A stretch of 63,428 nucleotides of DNA, the filler included, from Sphacelaria rigidula (lineage: Eukaryota): assembly GCA_964200075.2 (NCBI GenBank). It is 10 parts of 10 records of this genome, joined end to end, with 100 filler letters (N's around TTAATTAATTAA, not from the genome) between each part and the next. Parts side by side here need not be neighbours in the genome. Positions count along the whole stretch, not along the records: positions 1 to 6,253 come from CAXNAA020021208.1; positions 6,354 to 12,606 come from CAXNAA020021209.1; positions 12,707 to 18,959 come from CAXNAA020021210.1; 7 more parts are not named here. One strand, written 5' to 3'. The notes beneath the pieces were generated by a model. That model saw nothing but the letters and a program-made list of their open reading frames with translations. It ran no database searches and was not told where the DNA came from. Positions 1 to 12,914 of this stretch are shown here, in pieces. The position numbers and the translations under genes are program-made. Position 1 is the stretch's first letter. Each line of letters begins with the position of its first letter.

Positions 1-100
1 GTAATATGTCTGGTAAGGAATAGCGAGGATGGTATTGGAAAGGCGAGCCCACGTCTGTGACCACGGGTTCGCGAGATCGGACTAATGTGCGGAAATAACA

Positions 101-103
<3 letters not shown>

Positions 104-172
<69 letters not shown>
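104..172 (+). repeat. (TAA)n microsatellite
   Basis: Direct perfect trinucleotide run; a similar run occurs at 25413-25457. Confidence 0.97.
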
Positions 173-175
<3 letters not shown>

Positions 176-529
176 TACTGAAATAGTCAGGAGTTTGCAC
201 GTTCCAAGCCCACTTGGTCGCAGAAAAGCCCAAATGTTTTCGCGTCGATTCTTCGAGTAAGACTCTGTAGAATTGCGCACAGACACCATGAAACATTTTG
301 AAACTTTTGACGAAGGTTTTCTCTGCGATTTTTTTTTCGCCGGTTTTCGGGGGTCCAAGAGTGGCGTGCTACCCCGCCCCCAAAACCCCAGGACCCTAGG
401 ATGCCCGATGACGGCGAAAAAAAGTCGAATAGCTCCATTCCTTGTAAGTTTCGAAATGGTCTCTAATATCAGTAGACCTCACGAAATGTGCGTGAACAAT
501 CGTTGGTATTCGATTTTACTTGATTTCAG

Positions 530-3500
530 AGTGAAGAGAGTTCCGAGAAAAATTATGGTCTGGGGCAGGTGAGCAGTGGTGAGCAGCAGACCCAGCTCGT
601 TCAGAACGTGTTTTGGTCCAAAATCGGCTTGAAGACGTCGATTTGAGGTTTGACAACGCACACTTTGCCTAGCTCGGCACCGCCTTTGCCCGAGGGTTCT
701 CGGTATGCCTTGGTGGGGGTTAGGGTTGGCAGCATCTCCATAGTACCAACCATTGTTTACGTACATTTCCTCAGGTTCACGCCATAGTATATGTGTGCAA
801 TATTTCAGAATCTAACTCCAAAAATCAGCGTGAATATTCACGCATGAGTGAGTTTGGAGTCAAAAGCGTGCACCAGCCTGTAGCGAGCTAGGTGGAGGTG
901 GGGGTATCGATCGTTTTCCCCGCGCTCATAGGGATGTTCACACCAACTCATCGTTTCCCTGTGCCCCAAGAAATGTCCTGATTTTGATTTATTGTTGCAC
1001 AACATCTGATCATTCACTCATGCTCACAAGATGTTTACAAAACGGGTGCACCCAAGATAGTGGCAAGGTATACTCCACTGGGTAAGCCTCGCTCGTGCTA
1101 GCCAGTGGAGTGTGTGTTGCGTTTATTTTTATGCCCGTCCCACTTCTCCTGAAGTACAGTGAACATCTCTTATCACTGCCTGTACGCATAGTGCTGTCGC
1201 TAATGTTGAAGGTAGCGACGAACAATGCATTTCGCCTTGGTTCCGCGTGCGTTAATACCATCTTATATACAATATGTAAGGTGTTGTTTTTCGAGCGTGT
1301 TCGCTTTTTTCCACGGAGGCTTGACCCTTCTTATTTAGTCTCATTTGTTTTCTTTTGCAACTCTTGATTTCATCGTGTGATTGTAGAGCTAAATGCTGAC
1401 GCTGTTTTGGGGTGTGCATGCATCTGATACCCGTTGTGCGCTCCTGGTATCGTTGGCACGTCGTGTTACCCCTTAGTTTTCGATTTCTTGTTACCACCAC
1501 CCAGGGGTCTAAAAAATATGTTTTTTTTATACCCGAACATACCGCAATAATACTTGTGCATCCTCTTCTGCGGTGGCCACTGTGTTTATGTGCAGCTTTA
1601 CCGTGTGCTCTACTCCGCGATGTGAACAGTGTAGTGGTTCCTGCAGCACGTCGTGTCTACGGTCTGCAGATTGGGGCGGTTGATGTGTTCCTCGGTCTCG
1701 ACGGATGTGGCAAGTCGCACCCCTGCTCGCCGTGGTTGAACATACCGATTTATATCTTGAGTCGTGCTACTGGTTACCATGTTCGCACACTCCACACGCA
1801 ATGATGAATGTCTACCTGAGGATATGCCAGATTTGTTCGCGCACATAGGAAGACAGACGGCGACAAGGACGGAGACAGGGACAGGGGCGGACAGATTTAG
1901 ACTGTTGTCGGCGCCAATTCGCGATGTGCACAGTACTGTATCAGTGTATCAATGTACATTGTATTGTTTATTCTGCTTTACTCTGCTTTGAAATGCGCCC
2001 CGAATAATGGTCAGGACGTGCTTTCAGTGTTTGAAGCTTGAAGGACAATTTTTTTGTTCTGAGGTGATGGGTTTTCGCCGGGTTCAATAGCTGTGGCGTT
2101 GTTTTCAGTGTTGCGTGCTGTGCTGAGATGGTGACGTCTTGCGTGCATTATGTCATAATGTGTTTTATTGCGGCATGCTTTTGTGACTGTGATTGTGATA
2201 CATATTGGTATTGGTGTTTGGCCTGTGCGTACCAGATCGCGGTGATGGTGGAAATGAGGGAGAAGGAGGTCAAGAAGCATCAGCTCTCCTGCAGGACGAG
2301 GGACGAGGTATTGATTCATTGACCCATTGATGGTCGCGCATTGACTGACCTCCTTGCAATGCAGCCGTGGTCACGAAAGAGATGTACTCGAGTTCATCAT
2401 CACAGAAACACTTGATATTTGTATAGGCAGCTCGAGGAAGGGGCGGGGGAACAAAAAAGGAACAGAGCAGCCTGGAAAACGACGATAAGAGGAATTAGAA
2501 GGAGACAAAAAATAAGGAAAAGAGAAAGGAAAGGGAAGGGGAAAACATATGGTGCCAGAATACATACATAGTGTACCTGCTAAAAAAAGATATGGTTGAC
2601 CTAAAAAAAACATGGAATTCTTGTAAAAGCAGCAGCAGCAGTGAAAAGACTGCGTGATATTAAGACCCACGCCAAGAAGGTGTCTTGTTCATGGAACTAG
2701 TGTAGTAGTATGGTAACGGTTACTTGATACGCGGATAGCAGTTCGTTGTACGGTACGCCGTGAAAATCACCAGTTGATTGTCTGGGAAAACCAGAGCATT
2801 TGGGAGCGGGGGCACTGTACCTCCCGGTGAGTCACCTTAGGCCTCAATTTTTGCGAAGCCTCGAAGGAGCAGATGAAATGGAGGAGGGACGATATGTCGA
2901 GTCGTGAGGACCCTCGCGTAACCGCCACACATTCGCCATGCTAGTTTGGACCTGCTGAGTCGGAGAATAATGTAAGAAGAATCTTCACTCTGATCATCGC
3001 TTGAAGATGGTACAACCCGATGAGTTCGGAGTGCTGGCGCAATATTTTTTTGGTTGCATTCCAAACCCCTCTCCTTCCTCGCGACGAGTCCGTGCTCTAA
3101 TACCTGACTAGTCTCGAGGGATGAACTCATCTCTTCCCCGGGTACACGCCTTGCATGTTTGGTCTCGCGGAAGCGACCTCACCATTGGTTGGTTTTGTCT
3201 ATTTTGTTTCGTTCGGTTTCACTGCAGGTGAAGGACAGGCTGATGAACGCAATAAACTTGTTCAAGGAGAAGAGGAATCTTGCTGAAACTCTTAAGGAAA
3301 ACATCACCATCCTGCTCGAGGAAAATAAAAAGCGCATCATAAAGTAAGAGCCGTATTCTCCGGGTACGAGGGAAGAGGTGTGGATGGGGTCCACGTACGT
3401 TTATGTTTTTTCATCCGCCGTGGCACACCATTTCCCCGCTTGTACTACGTTATTATCCAGGAAGTAATAACATGAGGTGTTACTGTCTACCATATCTCAA

Positions 3501-5919
3501 TTATACCGAGCTATTATTCACAAAAATAGCAGAAAATAATTTTGCCGTTTACTGAATCACACCGTCTCCCACAGCAATATAAAAATATGTAAAAAAGCTG
3601 TATTCGGCTTGGAAGTGCGTGCACATCCCTCACGAATGGTGACTATTTGGTCGACGGTGTGTCTGGTTGCTTTGTCTCGAGGCGATACTTCTATTTCTGC
3701 TGCATGATAGTTTATGTGCCTCTTTGGGGTGAGAGCTGTTTGCATACGAATACTCGCACGAAGTTCTGGATCTGAAGCTGTTCACTCATGACTAGTCGCA
3801 AAATTCTCCGCGGCTATTCACAGACGACTAGTTGCCCAAATGTTTTATTGGGGCATTGTCTACAGGCGAGTATTAATAGTCGCACAGATTTTGTATTCGC
3901 TTGTGGTCTCGAGGCGACTAGCTGCACATGTTTCTCCTCCAGCAATCGTCTGTGGTCAACTAGGTAGCTGTTGTCTACAGGCGACTATTTGCACATGTGT
4001 TTCTAGTAAAAAGTCTCCAAGGCGTTCCAGTTGCCCGCCATTACCATCCAGTCGTTATCAACATTCTAATGTAATTTACCTGGAAACAGACGTGGTTGAC
4101 TCGAAGTGTTTCCGGGTCGTTTAGGAGTCCGCACTGGCCTCCCCAACGGGAACATTCCGTCGTGTTTGCGTGCAAGCTGGCCTACGGTAGGGTCGTCCAC
4201 CTCGAATAAATGCGAATATTCAGGATTTCATTATTATCAAGTTGACTGTTTCCTCATATTAGTAGGGTATTAATAGGGTAGTAGCACAGGTTGAGGGTTA
4301 GATGTCGAGTTTTTTAGTCGCAACTCATAGTCGTGTACGGGCTACCACTTGCACGGCAAACCTTTCTATCCAGAAGCAGATGTCTTCAGTTGAAGCATGT
4401 TATCGTCACAATATGCACGTATTTGCAACTAGTTGCCTGACGTTGTCATTCACAAGTCGTTCGCAGGCGACAAGTCTCCTACCTCCTTCACCCCGTAGTC
4501 GTCTACGAGCGACTACTTGTCTGATTTTTTATTCGGTAGCCAAGAGACGATGTGTGGCCTGACTATTTCATCCAGAAGTTGTCTAGAGGAGGATTGTTAC
4601 CTGACCTTTTCATCCAGTTTTGGTTTACATGTCACTCGTTGCCCGACGTTTTCGTCTAGCAATCAATCGTCCTCAGGCTACTAGCTACACAGTATTTTTC
4701 AACTTAAAAGTCATTTGCAGGCAATAAATCATCAATCGTAGTGGTGTCGGGTGCATACAGCCGTGGAGATGTTTATACTGTCCACAAATTGCAGTAGTGG
4801 GCGGGTGGGGTATGTCTACTGGCGCAATAGCTACAGCATCCCTTTGACCAGAGCAAACATTTTCAGGGTTCCTTTCGGATTTCTACAACGCAAGAACCAA
4901 AATCGAGGAATGACCCACATCTAGTGGCACTGTGGAATATGATTGGATGATGGATCACAACGAGGCTATGACGGGTAGGGATAGGTCGGCGAAATTGATT
5001 TAATCGAAATTCAAAGTTGGGAGTGAGGTATATGTGCCCACCGGAACTTTGCGCGATGAAAGAAACGCCGACGTGGAACCACGTTTTTTTTTTTTCATAT
5101 TTCTCTCGTGCGGTGAATTCGCGGTAACCATGGGCTTGACATTAGATTTCAAGAAAACAAAGTGCAAGACGATGTTCCTCGTAGACCTTATCTTCCTAGT
5201 AGAAGTAGTGATGGTAGCATCATCATCATTTACTCGCAGGCGCCGATGCCGCTCACGATTTTCCGCACAGGCCAATTTTAGGCGGTAGAATTCAGAGGGA
5301 GCCCCGCATATTTTTTTCGGTGTACTGTATGGATGAAGTGGATGGCAATGTTTCAGCAATTGGCCCACACACACAAACAAACATACACTCAATATTTCTG
5401 CCTGCCTCCACGCTGAAACCTAACGAGCTCCTTGGTGAAAACAACGCCTCAAAACACTACCCTCTTGTATCTTCCATCACTCCCCGGTGCACATGAGAGC
5501 AAGGGTACCCGCGGACGATTGCAAGGGTGCAGCAAAGCATGATTTAAGACAGATTCGCGCACACGCCGAACGACACTGCAGGGCAAGCACGGTGTTCCTC
5601 TCAAGTTTGCACGCCCTGTAAAAAAATCGGTGAATAGTTGCGATAAGAAACGTACTGCGTACAGTGTAGTCCTAGTGTAAGTATTGACCATATTGTCCAG
5701 AGTGTGAAAGTTTGTGTGCTGGCAAGAACGTATGTACGTGTGTGTGATGATGTGCCTGTTGTAACTCTTGATAATGTAGTACTTGCCGGAAATGAGGGGA
5801 ACCGTTGTTGTTGCTGTTGTTGTTCGGTGTTGATTCAGGTGGAAGGGGATGAAGAGGTTCATTGAGCGCCGCACCAACGCGCTGTTCAACCAATATTTGC
5901 AGAAGAAGGGAGCGGCGGG
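530..5919 (+). CDS. SMC6: Partial spliced gene: SMC6-like C-terminal coiled coil leading into the head domain
   Basis: AG/GT-bounded, phase-compatible exons 530-568 (SEESSEKNYGLGQ, least certain), 2236-2307 (IAVMVEMREKEVKKHQLSCRTRDE), 3228-3343 (VKDRLMNAINLFKEK...LLEENKKRII) and 5839-5919 (KWKGMKRFIERRTNALFNQYLQKKGAAG). The joined end matches the SMC6 pattern R..W..FR..I..R....F...L..(K/R)G..G. Other exons may be missed. Confidence 0.65.
3783..4743. mobile_element. Putative non-autonomous CACTA/EnSpm-like element with many subterminal palindromic repeats (intronic)
   Basis: Right end ATCGTAGTG (reverse complement CACTACGAT) and a degenerate left end CACTCATGA. About a dozen degenerate AGTCGTCT..AGGCGACT motifs lie in both arms. 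Confidence 0.5.
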
Positions 5920-6253
5920 GTGAGTTGGCAGTTGGCAGTTGGCAGCCATTTTTGTTTCCCTTTGAGAAATGGGGAGGGGCTGGGGAACTGGCTGTGATCG
6001 GATGTTGTCCCGAAAACAGCTAAATCAGAAGATACAGTCAACAACTGGCAAATGAAGCACGGAATTATTATTCAGTTTCTCTTGAATCTGATTTCGTTCA
6101 TCTGCTGGAGGCGAGCCATCCGCACCATCTGGTAGGTACGTTCGTGAGATCCAATCGCTTTTGTTGTAATTACGGGAGGCCACACTCTCACATCCATCCA
6201 GGTAGGCTCATTATTTTGTTTCATTTTTTTTTTTAGTCTGTGCAACCCCCCCC

Positions 6254-6353
6254 NNNNNNNNNNNNNNNNNNNNNNNNNNNNNNNNNNNNNNNNNNNNTTA
6301 ATTAATTAANNNNNNNNNNNNNNNNNNNNNNNNNNNNNNNNNNNNNNNNNNNN
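6254..6353. other. Artificial scaffold linker (N-run + TTAATTAATTAA + N-run); the same linker recurs at 12607, 18960, 25313, 31666, 38019, 44372, 50725 and 57077
   Basis: The 100-nt linker is identical each time and carries stops in all six frames. The pieces between linkers are all 6252-6253 bp, as expected for size-sorted concatenated scaffolds. Confidence 0.98.
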
Positions 6354-6606
6354 CACCTCAAAAAAATCGGGGGAGTCACGATCTCGGAACGGTTTCCCCC
6401 CGATTTTTTCGGCCCCGATTTGGTCCAAATCCGTGTCATAAAATGCGTTCCCCGATTTTGAAAAAATCGAGATTCGTGCTTGCCATAAAAGTGGGTCTGA
6501 GGAACCTCTTGAATAATACACCAAAGGGGGCGAAAGATGCCACATATGCCGAGAAGGCCCAAAGTAGGGGTTGTCGCAAAAAACGCACATTAGACGCCAT
6601 TTTTTA

Positions 6607-6937
6607 TGTGTGTGTGTTGTCATCCCATCTATTCTGGACGCCGGTCTATACTTTTCGATATATGTGGGGGCACCAGCCGGGGTCACACAGGAGGAAAGCC
6701 TACACAGGAGTTTCTTTTTTAGTACTCCACCTTCCTTTTGCGGTGCTTGCCTTTACTTTTATCGTGAGAGGGGTTTAGTGCTCCCTTTCTCTCGTTGAGC
6801 GTGACGTCGACTTTGTTGTACCCACGACATAGTCGCTCTCCACTGTTGGGCATGAGGAGGAATCCCAGATCGCTCCGAGATTCAAACTCACGACCCAACC
6901 GTCAGAAGGCTTCGAAGATACAAACTAAACCACCGGG
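6607..6937 (-). mobile_element. tRNA-derived SINE family 1, with (CA)n tail
   Basis: Minus-strand head CCCGGTGGTTTAGTTTG...GTGAGTTTGAATCTC is A/B-box-like. The body is shared with 50846-51212, 22943-23151 and 50678-50724, and ends in a CA microsatellite. Confidence 0.8.
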
Positions 6938-7143
6938 ACAAACAATTTTTTCATGTGTCCAAAAAGTCATGTGTAAAGCTGTCTGTTTAGCCCTCCTCCG
7001 TCGTTATTCGCCCCGAAAGAGGGCTGGGTGAATGTTGATTCCTTCGAATGACTTGCTCTACTCGTTAGGATCGTTCCAGGGCACCTTTGCGTTCTCCGCA
7101 GACCACAACAATTTTGATCGGGCCAAACTTGTGTTCCCAGTAA

Positions 7144-7965
7144 GGGCGTGTCTCCGCACTTTTTTTTCCGATCGAGAAAATGGGGTGGTGAAATCGATTT
7201 AAGCGAAAATCACTCATTTTTCATGAGTTGGGTTCATGCAAATTTTCGAGCTTTCGCTTTCGATCCAGAAAAGACTGAAATTCGTGAAGCGGTACATGGT
7301 CACTCATGTGCAGTACAGACAGTCTGTACGTCTGCACTGCTTACGAGCAGTGTGTCTTAAGTGCGTGTGTGCGTGTTTCGCAGAGAAGGGTTTTGAAAAG
7401 AGGCGGGCAGCGTGCAGTGCAGACAGCCCAGGGCTATCAGTGCTCTCTGCTTGCAATGCGACGTGAAAATGACTTCAGCTACTACGTGCAGCTTTGTGCT
7501 GCCTGCACTGTCCATGAGCTTGCACGCAACTCGGTTGCCCACCGTACCACGCAGTTCCGTCGCTCATCCCCACCCTAACATAAGATGGGCAAGTTTTGGC
7601 CAACAAAGATTGAACGTAGCATACCCAACTACTGCACTTTAACTATTCCTGTGATCAAGTCGTGCTCCATGCTGCAGGGTCGCGGTGTTAGCTGAGAATG
7701 AGTTGGATGGAGTTTGCATGGTCCTGTGAACAGGTGTTATCTGGCGTAGTGGTCTGTAAGAAGTCAAGTGCCGCTTCGTGCCTCTCAACCGCACGTTTTC
7801 GATCGAAAAGGATGTCTTTTTTGTCTCGAATACTTTTCATCCGCGCGCCGTTAATTACAATTTTGAGTTGAAGCCTTGTAAGAACGAAAATGCGTTGGAC
7901 CTACCAGATCGGCAAAAAAATCAACCGCACTTTTTCGATCGAAAAAAATGTGCTAAGACACGCTC
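7144..7965. mobile_element. PIF/Harbinger (Tourist-like) non-autonomous element
   Basis: Imperfect TIR GGGCGTGTCT..GCAC(T)nCGATCGA / TCGATCG(A)nTGTGCTAAGACACGCTC, flanked by TAA on both sides (7141-7143 and 7966-7968). Confidence 0.7.
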
Positions 7966-8002
7966 TAACAAGCGATCAAGTTATCAAAAAGTGGCAGTTG
8001 CT

Positions 8003-8137
8003 CTCACCCTGGATTATATATTACAGTAAAAAATGTACAGCGTACAGTATGGAACCTCTGGTCTATCGCAATTGGCGCAATAGTCAATACTGCACATAGT
8101 ACACTTTTTGACAATGGAATCCATTGTCCAGGGTGTG
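8003..8137. mobile_element. Small MITE with CACACCCTGG...CCAGGGTGTG ends; related copies at about 23188-23338, 32957-33183 and 55381-55523
   Basis: Terminal inverted repeat plus a shared internal motif GCGTACAGTATGGA...CTATTGCAATAGAC in the copies (either orientation). Confidence 0.65.
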
Positions 8138-8908
8138 TAGTTGTTCTTGGACAAAGTTGCATTTTCAATAACGGGCGGTCAAATTATAAAAAATATAGCA
8201 ACATTTCCATTGTTTTTGTGATAGCTTGGCCATTTGTTTTTGAAAGTGCAAGTTTCGCCAAAAACAAAGTCCCATCACCATGAAACGTAAAGGTGCCCTG
8301 GAATACTGTAGTCTCAACAAGTAAGCAAGTCGTTCCAAGGGATCAAACTCCGCCTAGCTGTCCTATAAGGCGAAAAACCATGGAGAACGACCAACAAGAA
8401 AGTTTCCAACAAGATTTTGTTCTTGGGCACATACCAATTGCCCTCAAAGGGAGCTACGCCCAAAAGATTTTTCCTCAAAACATGTTCCTCATTTTTTAAT
8501 TTGACCCCTTGAACGCCAGGGCCCCTAGTCGGACGCGAAACGGACAGTCTCTGTGCGAGGGATTTCAGAATGTTCATGTAGTTGTCCTCGCTGAAGAGAA
8601 TGTGTTGATATGAAAAAGGCCGACGCCACGCGTACGTGTATAAGGTGTTTGCGCGTTATATGCGTTCGTGTGTGAGCCATAACCAGCGGCGCTATACCGT
8701 ATCAGGACAACAGTGAAATCCTTGCTGCAACGGGAGTACATAAATGTGATGGTACAAAAAGCTGTTCTGAACAGCTCAACTACGTTGCACGTTTATCCGC
8801 TGCGGGGGATGAAGGGGGGCGGGGGCGGGGGAGTACGTGCTGCAGGCACCATTCGTGTGGGTGTGGCTGTTGATATTTTGCTTTGGTTACGTGTCTGAGG
8901 TTTGCGGT

Positions 8909-8946
<38 letters not shown>

Positions 8947-9850
8947 CTGCCCCCCCCAACCCCCNNNNNNNNNNGGGGGGGGCCGGGGTCCGCGGACCAT
9001 GCGTTGGGGGGTTGGTGTTGTTTGTTTTCTTTTGTTACCTGTGTTGGGTTGGGGGTTCCCCCCCCCCCCCCCCGCCCCCGTCAACAAACTGAGTAGTACG
9101 ACGAGCATGAGTTCACACACACAGCGTTGAGCTTGCCGACTCGACCAACCCTTGTGGTGAAAAACAGAGGTGTGGCCAGGGTATACATCGTCCCAATACT
9201 GCTGAACCCCATATTTAATAATACTCATGGCTGAATGATGCACGTGAAGGTCGCACGAGGTGCACCCGCCTTCGTCAACCATTGCCTTGTGCTGCTGCAT
9301 GTATAATGGCGAAAAAAAAAAGTGCATCGTCTTTGCCCAGCGCCCCGTGCCCTTCTAGTGTCTCATCTTCGGCTGCCAAAATCATCGTCCATGAACTCAC
9401 GAGACTGCCAGCGCACAAAATCTCGGAACATAATCCCAGAGCATTCGAACCGTGTAACCGTTGAAACCTTTTAGTATGAACTTCGTCTGGGGAAGGTATC
9501 GCCAGCCGCTAAAGCTGGTTGCAAAAAACGTAGCATGAAAGATGTGTGTGTGTGTGTGTGTGTATGTATTGAATGCTGAGGACAACCCACGACATATTTG
9601 GCTTATAAACGCTTCAGTATGTTGAAATTTCGGTGCGCGTAGCCAAGTGATTGTGTAAAATGTGTCGCAAAACTTGTCGCGAGCACGAAGTCAGACATGT
9701 AGGTTGATACTTACAACTTTTTTTGAGTATACGTTGAACAACCCGCGTTTCTTCCCCCGCTCCCCCACCCACTTGCCACCTCAAAAATGGGACCATCAAA
9801 AAATGTAGTGCAACGGCACGTATCCTTGTATATCCTGTCAAAAGCGCGGC

Positions 9851-11550
9851 GTGGAATGCCACTTCAGCATCAAGCGTCCGACGGGACCTAAAAAGCAAGC
9901 ATCGTCGACGTCCGTATCGTCGCCTGTCGCCAGCGGCAGCGGCGGTAACCGCAGCAGCAGCAGCAGCAGCAACAACAACGAGAAATCGTCACCCTCATCG
10001 TCATCCTCGTTGTCTTCTTCAGCCCCTTCACCTCGGGCCATGGGCAAGCGCGCCCCACTAACTATCAGCACACCAACGGCATCAACGGCTGCGACAGTAG
10101 CAGGAGCGGCGGGACGACCCATGCCGACCACGGCTAGCAGCCCGGGCCCGGTGCTGTTGCCGTCGCCGCGAAGCGGCAAGCGCTTTCGCGGGCCCGTAAA
10201 CTCCTTTTCTGCAACAATAGAAAGTACTTCCAGCAGCGCCAACACCACCGGTGCCAAGGGTTCTGCGGCAGGCACAAGTGCGAGTGATCGGCGCTCCGAC
10301 GAGGTAGGCGGGAAAAAAAATGCCTCTGGCGGTGGCAGGTCAGTGAAGTTGACGACGCCCCGTGCGGCAGGCAGCAAGGGACAGGGGTCGGCAGGCTCGG
10401 CGGCGGCAGTGGCGGCGGCGGCGGCAGCGGCAGCTGCAGCAGCGGCAGAGATGGGAACAGGCACAACACGATTTTTGGGGGCTGCCCGCTCCACCCCCGC
10501 CGTAGCCTCCAGCAGCACGTCCCAAACTCAAAAGAAAGGCCGTAAGGAGCACAGTAAGCCAAGGAGTCCCAGCACCGGGAGCAAGGCGGTGAGAAAGACG
10601 GCGTCTGCGACTGTAACTGATGAAATTGGGACTGCTGCCGCTGCTGCTGCCACCGCTGCTGCTGCTACTGCTGCGGCTGCTGTTGCTGGGGCGGGAGGGG
10701 GCCGCCAGCAACAGCAAAAGAAGAAGTCGGAGAGCAGTGGCGACGCCGGCGGCGTGGGGGAGGCAGCGAGCGAGGACGATGAGGCCGCGAACATTGACGA
10801 CACCGCAGTTGGCTCCGATGACCAAAATAGCGCGGACGAAAGGGAAGCAACGATTGCGACGGCCGACGACGCGTGGCGGGGCTGGCAGCTGACCGAAGAA
10901 AGCCCATGTGGTCCCGCCGACAAAGGACAGGACCCGGGCGGCGGCGGAGGGGATGGCGGCGGCAGCAGCAGCGGTACTCCGAGCCGCCGGGGGACCCTCG
11001 GAGGTGCAGCGAGAAGCTTTGGCTCTGCTGCCCACAATGTAAAGAAAGGCGGTGGCGAGGGTAGGGTGAAGAAAAGAGAGACAGGCGGACGAGGAAGTGG
11101 CAGAGCAGGCGGTGTAGGTGATCGTGGTGGTGGTGGCCGTGGGCATGGATGGGGTTCCGCAGCTTCGGCGGCTCTCGGGATCGGGACGTTAGCGCAAAGG
11201 CCTAGTATCGGCGGCAAGACACCCAAGCGCGGCGAGAAGAATCCAGCGTCGAAGTTCAGGCGGGATAAAGCGAAGGGCGCGAGTGGAAGCAGCGGGAAAG
11301 GGGTAGGCAGCGGTAGCGGGAAGATAGCGCGAGGAATTGGGGTGAGGCTGGGAGTAGCTGGTCCAGGGGGAGAAGGGGAGGGTGGTGGAGGGCATGGGCA
11401 AGACGGAATCGAGGAGGAGGATGTCGCTAAGTCGCCACCACGGGCAGGCTACGTGCGTCTCCGTGCCCGAACGTCCTCTGTTGTCGGCGCGTTTGATTCT
11501 ACCCGGGCGCTGAGCGATAAGGAGAAGCAGGTTCTGGGCGTGTTCTTAAG
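9851..11550 (+). CDS. Large exon of a Ser/Gly/Ala-rich low-complexity protein of unknown function
   Basis: 567-codon open frame with GC-rich coding-like composition, ending at a candidate donor AAG|GTGAGG. The 5' boundary is uncertain and no domain was recognised. Confidence 0.7.
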
Positions 11551-12265
11551 GTGAGGTGCAAGTGTTTGTGTTTTTCCTTTCTGTGGATGTGTTGTTGTCT
11601 GCTCGAGTTGTGCAGAAAACGTTTCATTCACATATATCATTTCCCATGTCACGTACGAGTAGCCACTGTCAGCATGCCGACGTTGAACCACGGCATGACG
11701 GTTTTATTTTTCAAGAAGGCACGCGGTCCAATCATGTTACAGCGAGACATGGTTGCGGACTATGGGTCCATCACCTTCTGAAGGGGGGAACATGTAGTGA
11801 AGAAACGGCCTTGTTTGTAAGTTGAGAATCCGAAGCGGCTATCGCTTTGACCTAGTGCGAAGAACTCTTCGAAAATGTCGAACCTGAAGTTATGTGAGCG
11901 CAAGACCCCCGGTTGTGTTATCCTCTTATATACAGTCGAGCACGTATTCTGCGGTAGTGTGCTCAAACGTAACGGCCGAGCTGAAGCACCGGTGATCTAC
12001 CTTGAACGGTGAAGGAGAATGGCAGTCCTTCAACTCACAATACTGTTGGCCAAGCGGAAGCGCCGAGCTCACAGTCGTGGTGGCAAGGCTTCGGATTGCT
12101 CAGCCTAAACATCCATATACAGCGTGGCTCATATCAGCTGACGTGATGGCAGCTGCCAAACTTTGCATGCTATGTATGCATGGAAGGATTTTGTCGTTCC
12201 TCTGTCAGTTTTTAGGGCGCATAGTTGTATCCGGCATGCGTGATAAACATGGGTCAGACCATCAC

Positions 12266-12565
12266 GTCCCGGTTGTCTAATGGTACAGCCGTCATCAATA
12301 GGATGGAAAGAACGAGGGTTCGATTCCCGCCAGGTGCGTCTTTTTTTTTTCCTTCAAGGATCTGACTTCTGTCGTTGAAAACGCGAGGAGGTACGTTAGC
12401 AGCAAAAATAGTGGACTGGTCTTGTTTGACGGCAGTCGACGCGGTGCAGGAGTGCTGGCCATGATCCAATCCGCGAGACCAAAATTCAGGGCGTACACCG
12501 AGGGAGAAACGGACTGATCCCCTTGAGAACACGGACTCGTCCCGAGGAAGAGAAGGGTGGGGGGG
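12266..12565 (+). mobile_element. tRNA-derived SINE family 2
   Basis: Head CCCGGTTGTCTAATGG...GAGGGTTCGATTCCC (A/B boxes). The body GGCGTACACCG...GATCCCCTTGAGAACACGGACTCG is shared with 16706-17000. Confidence 0.72.
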
Positions 12566-12914
12566 GGGGGGAATTGTGAGGAAGAACAAATCCGACGCCA
12601 TCCAGGNNNNNNNNNNNNNNNNNNNNNNNNNNNNNNNNNNNNNNNNNNNNTTAATTAATTAANNNNNNNNNNNNNNNNNNNNNNNNNNNNNNNNNNNNNN
12701 NNNNNNTTTTACAAATAGAAGGCTGCGGATTACAAATCAATACTGTACGTGGAAATACATCTCAGCGGGCATTGCGAAATTCCACCATACGAAAAAAAAA
12801 AAAAGGCGAAGGTGAAACATCTGGAAAGGGGGGTCATGATTTTTCAAGGACGATCTATACGGCGAAAGCAAGCGTTCAAACCTCAACCGAGTCACAACAC
12901 CAAAGGTGGCTTGC

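Noticed and set aside
1670..1720. VFLGLDGCGKS, a P-loop-like peptide
   Set aside because: Isolated motif inside a presumed intron, with no supporting domain context.
3783..4743. CRISPR array
   Set aside because: The repeats are too degenerate and irregular, there are no cas genes, and the context is a eukaryotic intron.
9838..11226. Long minus-strand ORFs opposite the 567-aa frame; likewise plus-strand ORFs over 13880-14872
   Set aside because: Shadow ORFs of GC-rich, low-complexity coding exons.
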